From Eledone cirrhosa (lineage: Eukaryota): a stretch of 64,000 nucleotides of DNA. The stretch lies in contig OZ024742.1 in NCBI GenBank assembly GCA_964016885.1, forward strand, positions 319,052,001 through 319,116,000, written 5' to 3'. The translations under genes and the position numbers were made by a program. The notes beneath the pieces are model-generated. The model was not told the origin of the DNA. It worked only from the letters and a program-made list of their open reading frames with translations, and made no database searches. Below, one piece after another: positions 53,090-64,000 of this stretch (the first letter of the stretch is position 1; each line of letters starts with the position of its first letter).

Positions 53090-53720
53090 AGGGATCAGAT
53101 GTTGTTTACTCGAGAGAAGGCTACGTTGGTATGGTCACGTGATGCGCATGAAAGACGACAGCTGTATAACAAAGTGCAGGGCAATAAAGATAGACGGTAG
53201 CCACGGAGTAGGCAGACCCAGAAAAACCTGGGACGACTTGATAAATTCCGACCTCACACGCTTACATCTCTCCAAGACAATGTCACTGGACCGAGACCTT
53301 TGGCGGTACTTAGTAATAGAGAAGACCCGCCTTACCTAAATACAAAGTAAAACCTACTACAGTCAGTAGGCGTCTCTAACAAAATAACCCCCCCCCCCCC
53401 CCCCCCCCCATCTACACCGCCCCTTTCAATGTAAAGTTATGTTGGTGCCACAACATCCAGGCCGAAACAAATGAGATCGTGTAGGTGTCACGACAAAAAA
53501 ACACACAGTCCACGCTGTAATGTGGCCGTGTAGGCAACACGGTAAAAACCTCCCAGCCCCACACTGTAAATGTGGTTGGTGTTAGGAAGGGCATCTAGCT
53601 GTAGAAAACCCACCAGACAGTCCTATGCGAGCAAGACAATCACTCTTGCCTCAAGTGGGAAAACCCCCGTCCAAACCCATGCAAGCGTAGAACAGGGACG
53701 TTAAACGTTGATGATGATAT
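53088..53720 (+). mobile_element. RTE LINE 3' end
   Basis: Same subfamily as 56625-57260, in opposite orientation. Confidence 0.9.
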
Positions 53721-53870
53721 ACGGGATAAGAGGTTATTGTTATAGGCAGTCCACTTCGATGTAGTCCAGTTAGAGTACTCCGTGTTGTGGAGTCAGCAAT
53801 GTGAATAAAGCCCTTATTGTACAGCCAACCATGTCACTCTTCTTTCTTGAATTATATATATATATATATA

Positions 53871-56046
53871 TCATCATCATCATCATCACTGTTTTACGTC
53901 CGTTCTTCCACGCTAGCATGGGTTAGACGGGTTGTCCTGTTGTGGGCAGTGTCTGGTCGGCTGACCCTGCCTTGCTCATACAGGAACTGATTTGGCTTGA
54001 TTTCTACAGCTGGATGCCCTTCCTAACATCAACCTCATTTACAGTGAGTGCTGGGTGCTTTTCCGTGCCGCCTACACGTCCACTTTACAGTGTGGGCTGG
54101 GTGCTTTTTTGCCGTGGCACCTCCACGACCACCTTGTAGTGGGAGGGTGTGGGGGCATATTGTCTATATGCTTCAGCTTGTACCCATGGGAGGTCGGGTA
54201 CTCTGTATTACTGCGTGACGCCAGAGGTCACGGTCGTGTGTCATCGCCTTTGAGAGGTGTAATTGGGTAAGGTTGGCTTTTATCACCTCATCCCAGGTCA
54301 TCTTGGGTCTCCCCACTCCGCGGTTTCCATCAACTTCTAGTGCTCTGCACCTTTTTATGCAGCTGTCATCCTTCATACGCATCACATGTCCATACCAACG
54401 CAACCGCCTCTCCTTCACACAGCATTTGATTCCTCTTATGCTCAGTCTCTCTCTCAATTCATTCATTATGCTTTGTCGTTCGCGTATATTACTATTACAC
54501 ATCCATCGGAGCATGCAGGCTTCGTTTCTCTCTAATCTACGTAAGTCTTCGACCTTCAGCGCCCAGGTCTCACTACCATGTAACATTGCTGTTTGGATAC
54601 ACGCATCATACAGTCTGCCTTTCATTTTGAGGGAGAAGCCTTTTGCAGCTAGCAGTGGTAGTAGTTCCCTGAACTTCTTCCATCCCGTTCTTACCATAGT
54701 TATTGTACTTTCTGAACACCGACCTCCGCTGCTAATTCGGTCACCTAGGTAGCAGAAGCTGTCTACTGTCTCTACAGAGCCCTCCCAGAGATTGGTGGTA
54801 CTTGTTTCCTGTGGCTGTTTGCTGCTTGCTGTCCCTGTACAGCTGCTGCATGTGAAGCCTACATTCTTAATTAGGCTTCCTGAGATCCCGCTACATCTCT
54901 TGTGTACCCATTGTTTGCATTTGGGGCAGAGAATGGAGTTCCTACCTACACCTTTCCTACATACTGAGCAAGGCCATTTCCCTGAGAGGATCTGGGTTCT
55001 GTTTTCTCGTCTACTTACAAGGACCTTAATCTTTGTCATGTTGACTTTGAGACCCTTTCTTTCTAGTCCCTGCTTCCAAGTTTGGAATTTCTTTAGTTCT
55101 ACCATAGATTCAGCTATAAGTGCGAGGTCATCAGCATACAGGAGTTCCCATGGGCATCCGGTCTTAAACTCCTCCGTTATTGCCTGCAGGACTATGATGA
55201 ACAGGAGAGGGCTAAGAACAGAGCCCTGGTGGACACCAACCTGTGCGCTAAATTGCTCGCTATACTCATTGCTAATCCTAACTTTGCTGACTGCTTCCCT
55301 ATACATGGCTTGTACAGCTTTCACAAGCCATTCATCTACTCCTAGTTTTCTAAGAGCCCACCAGATTATAGCACAGGTGACTCTGTCAAAGGCTTTTTCC
55401 AGATCGACGAATGCCAGGTAGAGCGGCTTACTTTTAGCTAGGTACTTTTCCTGTAACTGCCTCACAAGGAAGAGGACATCAGTGGTGCCTCTTCCTGGCA
55501 CAAACCCAAATTGCATCTCATCTAGTTTCACCCGGTCCCTAATCAACTGTGCTATAACTCTTTCTGTTACTTTCATGACCTGGTCCATCAGCTTTATACC
55601 TCTATAGTTTCTTCTATCGAGTGCATCACCTTTACCTTTGTAGCAGTTGACAATGATGCTACCTCACCAATCTTTGTAGCAGTTGACAATGATGCTACCT
55701 CACCAATCTTTTGGTATGGCACCTTCTAGTATTACCTGGTTAACAATACGTGTGGTTATAGTGTGACCTACGGACCCAGATGCCTTCAGCATCTCGGCAA
55801 CTATACCCGATGGACCGGTTGCCTTCCCCATCTTCATATCTTTGATTGCCTTACTTACTACACTGCTGCTGACTTGTACTCCTGGCCCCTCTATAGGGTC
55901 TACTTGGGGTAGGGTATTTTCTTCCCATGCATTCTCCTCATTTAGTAATCTATCATAATGACTCTTCCTTGCATCTTTCTTCTCAGTACTTGTGAGGGCA
56001 AGCTCACTTTTATCATTCCGGATACACTTCTCCCCAATGACATCAC
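53871..56046 (-). mobile_element. RTE LINE, 5'-truncated; 471-aa open RT-PHD-C-terminal frame
   Basis: ORF 54173-55588; 36-bp tandem duplication near 55637-55710; (ATG)n tail. Confidence 0.95.
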
Positions 56047-56091
56047 AAATATATATATATACATAAATAGGGAGACAAATAGCGAATTTGA

Positions 56092-56463
56092 AAATTAGAT
56101 AGTAACATGTGCTTATGTTGTATTTGACTAAATAGAATTAGTCTGTTAGTTGGGTTGGGATTTAAAAAACTCTTTCAAATTCGCTAGCTGTTTGTAAACA
56201 AATCCTGCTTTGTATTTCCCTATTTATATACATATACATATCTTCTATGGTTAGATAGCTTCTAATTGAATGGAAGGAGGCATGGGTGTCGTATTGGTGT
56301 AATGGTAACACATTGGTCCAGCAGACCAAAGATGTGGGTTCGTGTCCCATGTGAGTCAATACTCAATACTTTTTTTCGATTTAGAGAGTTTTTTAAAATC
56401 CCAACTAACAGACTAATTCTATTTAATTAAATACGGCGTAAGCACATGTTACTATCTAATTTT
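56092..56463. mobile_element. Fold-back element enclosing a tRNA-like sequence
   Basis: Arms 56092-56175 and 56383-56463. Centre about 56288-56358 has a D-arm gtgtaatggtaacac, anticodon arm ttggt-ccAGCag-accaa and T-arm gtggg-ttcgtgt-cccat. Confidence 0.55.
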
Positions 56464-56624
56464 ATATATATATCAAATTAAAATGTTGAGTTAAAAACTC
56501 ACAATATTCCCTTACAATCGAATAAGCTCAAGGGAGAAATTCCGAACTCTTTATAACACAGTAAAGACACACGCACACACACACACGTGTGTGTTCAAAT
56601 TATAAGGGATATAAAACCATAACC

Positions 56625-58950
56625 ATCATCATCATCATCATCATCAACGTTTAACGTCCGTGTTCCACGCTTGCATGGGTTTGGACGGGGGTTTTCCCAC
56701 TTGAGGCAAGAGTGATTGTCTTGCTTGCATAGGACTGTCTGGCGGGTTTTCTACAGCTGGATGCCCTTCCTAACACCAACCACATTTACAGTGTGGGACT
56801 GGGAGGTTTTTACCGTGTTGCCTACACGGCCACATTACAGCGTGGACTGTGTGTTTTTTGTCGTGACACCTACACGATCTCATTTGTTTCGGCCTGGATG
56901 GTGTGGCACCGACATAACTTTACATAGAAGGGGGCGGTGTGGAGGGGGGGGGGGGTGTATTTTGTTAGAGATGCCTACTGACTGTAGTAGGTTTTACTAT
57001 GTATTTAGGTAAGGCGGGTCTTCTCTATTACTGAGTACCGCCAAAGGTCTCGGTCCAGTGACATTGTCTTGGAGAGGTGTAAGTGTGTGAGGTCGGAGTT
57101 TATCAGCTCGTCCCAGGTTTTTCTAGGTCTGCCTATTCCGTGGCTACCGTCTATCTTTATTGCCCTGCACTTTGCTATACAGCTATCGACTTTCATGCGC
57201 ATCACGTGTCCATACCAACGTAGCCTTCTCTCGAGTAAACAACATCTGATCCCTCTTATTTCTAATTTTTTCCTTAGTTCGTTTATGCTTTGCCGTTCAC
57301 GTATATTACTATTACACATCCAGCGGAGCATGCAAGCTTCGTTCCTCTCTAGTCTGCGTATATCCTCTGCACACAATGCCCAGGTCTCACTGCCATGCAA
57401 CATTGCTGTTCGTATGCAGGCATCATACAACCTGCCTTTCGTTTTTAGGGAGAACCCTTTAGCGGCTAATAGTGGTATAAGCTCTCTGAACTTTTTCCAT
57501 CCAGTTCTGACTCTAGCTACAGTACTTTCAGAGCACCCTCCCCCACTGCTGATTTTGTCACTCAGGTAACGGAAGCTGTCCACTATTTCTATAGAGCCCT
57601 CTGCGCAGTTGAAAGAGCTAGTATTTTGTGGGCACTTGCTGCTACTTATTGCACCAGAGCACCGGCCACATGTGAAATCTATGTTCTTAGTTAGCTTACC
57701 TGTGATCCCACTACATCTTTTATGCACCCTTACTTTGCATTTCTGACACAAAATGGAGTTTCTACCTACGCCTTTCCTACACACTGAGCATGGCCACTTC
57801 CCGGAAGGGACCGCCGCCTTATTTTCTTTCCTACAAACTAGAACTTTGGTCTTAGCCAGATTAATTTTAAGGCCTTTTGATTCTAGGCCGTGCTTCCATG
57901 TTTGGAATTTCTTCTCTAGCTCGGCCATTGATTCAGCTATGAGTGTTAGGTCGTCTGCGTATAGGAGTTCCCATGGGCAGCCGGTCTTGAACTCCTCTGT
58001 TATAGCCTGAAGGGCAATAATAAATAGTAGGGGGCTGAGAACAGAGCCCTGATGGACGCCAACTTTTACGCTAAACTCTTCACTATATTCGTTGTTAATT
58101 CTAACCTTGCTGACTGTTTCTTTATACATGGCTTGTATAGCTCTCACAAGCCATTCGTCGACACCTAGTTTTCTAAGGGCCCACCAGATAATGGAACGGG
58201 GGACTCTGTCGAAGGCTTTCTCCAAGTCGACAAAAGCTAAGTAGAGGGGTTTACTTTTAGCTAGGTACTTCTCCTGTAGTTGTCGTACAATGAAAAGAGC
58301 GTCTGTGGTACTTTTGCCTGACACAAACCCGAACTGCATTTCATCTAGGTCAATTTTCTCTGATTAGTTGCGCTATTACTTTATCCGTGACCTTCATGAC
58401 CTGGTCGATTAATTTAATGCCTCTATAGTTACTCCTATCTAGGGCATCTCCTTTACCCTTATAACAGTTAACGATGATGCTGCTATGCCAGTCCTTCGGA
58501 ACAACCCCATTCTGTATGACTTGGTTAACAATCCGGGTGACCATGGTGTGTCCCACCGTGCCAGATGCCTTCAGCATCTCAGCAACTATTTCCGAAGGCC
58601 CAGCCGCCTTACCCGTCTTCATATCCTTGATTGCCTTACTTATTATACTACCCTCGACTAACACTGCTGGTCCCTCTATTGGGTCGATGTGGGGGAGACT
58701 GTCTTTCTCCCATTTATTCTCCTCATTTAGTAGCCTTTCATAGTGACACTTCCAAGCTACCTTCTTATCAGCGTCGGTGATGGCAAGTACGCCGTCATCA
58801 TTAAGTACACACTTCTCCCCGACAATATCACGGTTTTCCTTGACACATTGCCTAGCAATCCTGAACACCTCACGTTTTTGGTCCTCGCGTTGTAGAACAT
58901 GCTTGAACTTTCTTTCCTCTGCTTCCCTTCTTGCGAAGTACACTTGTCTC
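56625..58950 (-). mobile_element. Young RTE LINE, 5'-truncated, single frameshift near 58350
   Basis: ORFs 58350-58943 and 57005-58339 contain all RT motifs and the PHD-like finger; (ATG)n tail. Confidence 0.95.
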
Positions 58951-58994
58951 CTATATATATAAAAGTACTCAATACATTAGTAGAGTATAGACAT

Positions 58995-59105
58995 CTTTAT
59001 TTTATGTAAAAATGAATTCTATAGGACTGGAGCTGTTTCATTCATATGAAATCATAAAATGAAACAGTTCTAGTCATGTAGAAGTCATTTCTATATAAAA
59101 TAAAG
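58995..59105. mobile_element. Degenerate fold-back mini-element
   Basis: ctttattttatgtaaaaatga...ctgtttcatt / aatgaaacag...tataaaataaag; contains GAAA-cagttctag-TC. Confidence 0.4.
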
Positions 59106-59235
59106 AAAGCATGGGGTGGGTCATGGGACAACAGTAACCCAGGGAGATAGTGGATGAAGTGGTGAAGACTGATCTGAGGATGCTGAGTCTCATGAAAAAC
59201 ACTAAACACACTTACTTTCACAACTTATTTAGAAT

Positions 59236-59462
59236 TTAACCCGTTCAATACCAAACCACCTGAAATGCCAATGGTTCTGTGTGATACAAAATATTTCTAT
59301 CATAATTTTATTTTAGAACCCATGTTGTTATGGTCCAAACAACAGCATAATAAAAAAAAAAATTTAGATATATTACTAAACATCTCTAGATGTTTTTCAA
59401 AATTATAAAAAAAAACTATAGGCAATATCTCTCGATAGAAATATTGTAATGAAAGGGTTAAG
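59236..59462. mobile_element. piggyBac-like MITE
   Basis: TTAA-cccgttcaatac ... gtaatgaaaggg-TTAA. Confidence 0.55.
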
Positions 59463-60974
59463 CATCTCCCCAAACTCATGCCTTAGACTCAGTGAACTAT
59501 TTTACTTTCATCACTTTAATCTAATCTTTCATTTAAAAAAAATATTTACTATTATTATTTTAATTAATTTCCAGCTTTATTTCTTACACAACCCCTACTA
59601 TTTTTCACTTTTTTATCATTACAACCTACATCTTTAAAATTATCATTTTATCTTTATATACCTATCTTTACAAAAATCTATGAATGTTTTTTTTGTTTTT
59701 TCTTTGGGGTTCTTCCGTCACATCACTGATATGGCAACCTTTCTAGTGCTGGTTCCACAAAAACAACACCCAGTATATTTTATAAGGTGGTTGGTGATAG
59801 GAAGGATATCAAACTGTAGAAACTATGCCAAGAGGATTCTTCAGTTGAGTCAAAAGCACAACAACCCCTGTAAAGTCAGTGGTGATAGGAAAAGCATCCA
59901 ACCATAGAAAATCAAACATTCGAACGATCGAGAGGACTCTTCAACTGCGTAAAGAATATAACAGCCCCGCCTCATGCTCCCACAATAAAATGCACTCGAT
60001 AGAGTACAGAAGCATATGAAAATGAGATTCAGGCTCCTGGCATGTTTCAGAGGCTGTCACAAAATGCACACAAAACACTCAGTAGACTGTGGGAACATAT
60101 ATAAGTGAGATGCACATCTCCAGCCTGCCTGAGAGGTCAGTAGCTCCAACTAAGTATTAACTAGGTTTGTGATGACCTGTCCAACCCTTGCTAGTCAAGA
60201 ATATATAGCTTAGTCCTTAAAAGTCTGAATCTATACATTTAAGGTTCAGCTTATCACAAGAGATTTGTTTTGCTTATCACTAGTGAAATATTTGCCTATT
60301 AATCCTTTAGCATTTAAACTGGCCGTATCTGGCCAGAATTCTCTCACCTTTTACTTTTCAAACTGGGCGTAACCAGCTGCTCATACTGACATTAAGGTAT
60401 TGTTCTTAAAATAAATAATATCAAAATCTGGTAGATTCAATATTATGTGAGGTAATTATGTTAGATAAAGCCTTTACTGCAAAAATACAATAATAAATAT
60501 AGAGTAATGTAAATGCTAAAGATTTATCAAAGTGTAAATCAGCATCAATGGGTATGACATAGGAGATTTGTTAGCTGTAAAAGAGACCAATAAGTGATTC
60601 CTTTCACCCAGAGCCTCGGGGTAGTTCCTCAGGCAAGTGTTAGCAAATGTTTTTTTCCCATGCCAGGGGTAGAGGGAAGTAAAAAAAAAAAAAAACCTGG
60701 CAGAATTGATGGCAATGAGTCACCTAACTTCAATGGCATTGATGGTGGAGAATCGTTGCCATTGAACCAAAGAATCTCAATAGCAAGATTGGGAGGAAAC
60801 AGCTTCTCTATGCTAAACAAAACCATAGATAATTATTTGCCAGCTTGAAGTTTCAAAGTTATATGGTATTGGTTGGTATAAGAAAACTTCTTAATGGATC
60901 AAAGCCCATTGTCTTGGACAGGAAGTGTTCTTGACTTTCCCTTACTATTATTATTATTATTATCATTAGTAGAG

Positions 60975-61190
60975 AAGTGGATTGCTAGTATTGGTTGGGC
61001 ATCGGACAACATGCTTTGTGGCATAAAGTTATGGCCCTTTACGTTCTGAGTTAAAATCCTGCTGAGGTTAGCTTTGCTTTTCATCCTTACGAGATTGATA
61101 AAATAAAGCACTAGTAATGTACTGGTGTCAATTTAATTGACTCTCCCCTCCCCGAAAATGTGCCTAAATCAGAAACCATTATTATTATCA
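60975..61190 (+). mobile_element. SINE
   Basis: Same core as the other copies. Confidence 0.75.
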
Positions 61191-61277
61191 TTATTTTGTC
61201 TTTACTGCTGTGGTTGGTTTAAATCCAGTGGACTTAATACAGGGTTAATACAGTTCCTGATATACAAAAAACTTGAA

Positions 61278-64000
61278 AAAACCCAACCACCACCTGATCA
61301 CACCTATAGATCCGGGGAGCATACTAGCCAGATAGATTTTATCCTTACCAGAGGACAAGATAGATGGATGGTTGTAAACACGAAAGCCTTCTTGGGTGAG
61401 GAATGTACCTCCCAACACAGCCTAGTACTCGGCAACCTCACTGTTAGAGCTAGACGAACTTTGAAACAAAAGGAAACCTGGAGAAGAAAGATCTGGAAGC
61501 TGAAAGATCCCTCAACCAGTAACAAATTTAGAGATATTTTACTTGACGCTTATGACAGAAAAGAACATAGAGACATTCAATGTAGAAGAGCACTGGGAGT
61601 TCCTAAAAAATAACCTACTAAAAGCAATGGATGAGATCTGTGGTTGGAACAAGGCTACAGGGAGAAGGAGAGTAACTTGGTGGTGGAACAATAAGGTAGA
61701 TGAAGCAATTAAGGCCAAGAGACAGGCATGGAAACAATGGAAGAATAGGAGGAGCAGGATACATTACATAGAGACCAGGAGGAAGCTAGGCAAGAAGTAT
61801 ACTTTGCTATAAGGGAAGCGGAGAATAAAAAATTCAAGCATGTTTTGCAGTGTGAGGACCAGAAACAGGAGGTGTTCAGGATTGCGAGGCAGTGTGTGAG
61901 AGAAAATTGCAATGTCATCCGTGAGAAGTGTGTCCGGGATGATAAAGGTTCACTTGCCCTCACAGATGATGAGAAGAAAGAAGCATGAAAGAGCCATTAA
62001 GAAAAATTACTGAATGAAGAGAATGTATGGGAGAAAGAGACCCTTCTCCCAGCAGTACAAGTCAGCAGCAGTGTAGTTAATAAGTCAATTAAGGATATGA
62101 AAACTGGGAAAGCAGCCAGTCAATCAGGAATATTTGCTGAGATGCTGAGCATCTGGGTCAGTAGGACACACCATAACCACACGTATTGTAAACCAAGTAA
62201 TACTAGATGGCATCATACCAAATGAGTGGTGCAGCAGCATCATTGTCAATTGCTATAAGGGTAAAGGGGATGCACTATATAGAGGTATAAAACTGATGGA
62301 CCAGGTAATGAAAGTAACAGAAAGAGTCATAGCACAGTTGATTAGGGTCAGGGTAAATCTAGATGAGATGCAGTTTGGATTTGTGCCAGGCAAAAGTACC
62401 ACTGATCCCCTTCTCCTTGTGAGACAGTTACAGGAAAAGTACCAAGCTAAAAGTAAGCCCCTCTACCTAGCATTTGTTGATCTGGAGAAAGCTTTCAACA
62501 GAGTTCCACATCACATAATTTGGGGGGCTCTTTAGAAAACTAGGAGTAGATGAGTGGCTTGTGAAGGCTGTACAAGAGAAGCAGTCAGCAAAGTCAGGAT
62601 TAACAATGACTATAGCGAGGAATTTAGCGTACAAGTTGGTATCCACCAGGGCTCTGTTCTTAGCCCTCTCTTGTTTTGCAGGCAATAACGGAGAAGTTTA
62701 AGATCGGATGTCCATGGGAACTCCTATATGTGTGGATGATCTCGCACTTATAGCTGAATCTATGGTGGAACTAGAGAAGAAATTCCAAACATGGAAGCAG
62801 GGCATAGAAAGAAAGGGTCTCAAAGTCAACCTGACAGGCTAAGGTTCTTGTAAGTAGAAGAGAAAACAGAACCCAGATCCTCTCAGGAAAATGACCTTGT
62901 TCAGTATATAGGAAAGGCATTGATAGAAACTCCATCCTATGCCCCATATGTGGGTACACAAGAGATGTTGTGGGATCTCAGGAAGTTTAGCTAAGAATGT
63001 AGGCTTTACATGTAGCAGTTGCACCAGTACAGTAAGCAGTACAGGAAACAAGCACTACCAAATTCTGGGAGCGTTCTGTAGAAACAGTAGACAGCTTCTG
63101 CTACTTAGGTGACCAAATTAGCAGCAGTGGTGGGTGTTCTGAAAGTACAGTAGCCAGAGTAAGAATGGGATGGAAGAAGTTCAGGGAGCTGCTACCACTG
63201 CTAGCTACAAAAGGCTTCTCTCTCAGAATGAAAGGCAGACTGTATGATGCGTGCATACGAACAGCTATGTTGCATGGTAGTGAGACTTGGGTGCTGTGTG
63301 CAGAAGACTTGCATAGATTGGAAAGAAATGAAACCTGCATGCTCCGATGGATATGTAATAGAACAGCGAAGCTTAAATGAACTGAAAGAGAAACTAGGCA
63401 TACGAGGAATCAAATGCTGTGTGCAGGAGAGGAGATTGCATTGATATGGACATGTGATGCGTATGAAGGATGACAGCTGCATAAAAAAGTGCAGAGCGCT
63501 CAGTCGATGGAAGGCTTAGAGTGGGAAGACCCAGGAAACCTTGGGATGTGGTGATAAAAGCCGACTTTGCCCAAATGCACCTCTCAAAGGCGATGACACA
63601 TGACCGGGATCTCTGGTGATGAGCAGTAACACAGAAGATCCGAGTTCCCACAAGCATAAGCTTAAGCATATATGCAGTATGTCCCACCCTAACCCACCCT
63701 CCCATACACCCCCAGGAGGACAGGCCAAAAAAGTAAATGCATCCTGTGAAGCCCCGCCAGTCCACACTGTAAAGTGACCGCGATTGTGACACGGCAAAAA
63801 GTGCCCAGCCCACTCTGTAAAGTGGTCATATAGGTGTCACGACAAAAAAACACCCAGCCCACACTGTAAAGTGGTCGTGTAGGTGTCATGATAAAAAGCA
63901 CCCAGTACTCAATGTAGATTGAGGTTGACGTTGGGGGAGGGGGGGCATCCAGCTACAGAAACTAAGCCAGAACCAGACCGGTATAAACAAGACAGGATTG
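61278..64000 (+). mobile_element. Degenerate RTE LINE including the end of the AP endonuclease, running off the window
   Basis: TYRSGEHTSQIDFIL...TSQH, TWWWN, QFGF and FVDLEKAF motifs; many stops and frameshifts; tandem 3' UTR repeats. Confidence 0.9.

Noticed and set aside
54273-55421. Plus-strand ORFs of 159 and 209 aa, and similar ORFs opposite other RTE copies and GRAF
   Set aside because: Antisense shadows of real coding frames.
56288-56358. Functional tRNA gene
   Set aside because: The acceptor stem does not pair; treated as a tRNA-derived repeat.

Overview
AT-rich, repeat-dense eukaryotic DNA. It is most likely octopus or another coleoid cephalopod, inferred from the SINE and RTE-LINE repertoire and the long (TA)n/(TATC)n tracts. 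Host genes: an intact, intronless 869-aa GRAF/ARHGAP26-like BAR-PH-RhoGAP-SH3 ORF (21219-23828, minus strand); two in-phase plus-strand exons (43567-43639, 45612-45818) resembling the lumenal N-terminus of cystinosin, probably transcribed head-to-head from about 24.3 kb; and a few strong minus-strand splice-site pairs left of 19.3 kb with no long ORF. The rest is mostly mobile DNA: many RTE LINE fragments carrying a PHD-like finger, tRNA-derived SINEs, CR1 ends, mariner and Helitron remnants, MITEs, a fossil CRE-like element and a Naiad-like Penelope element bounded by (CA)n. Two microsatellite-linked patterns stand out. (1) Five co-oriented 3' ends of an L1/Tx1-clade element are stacked in a 5.2-kb (TA)/(TATC) array. 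(2) About ten fold-back mini-elements sit in (TA)n tracts, many carrying minimal type I hammerhead ribozyme cores, including one family with a fixed CAGAAGA core variant. All family assignments come from motif recognition by eye; no database searches were run.
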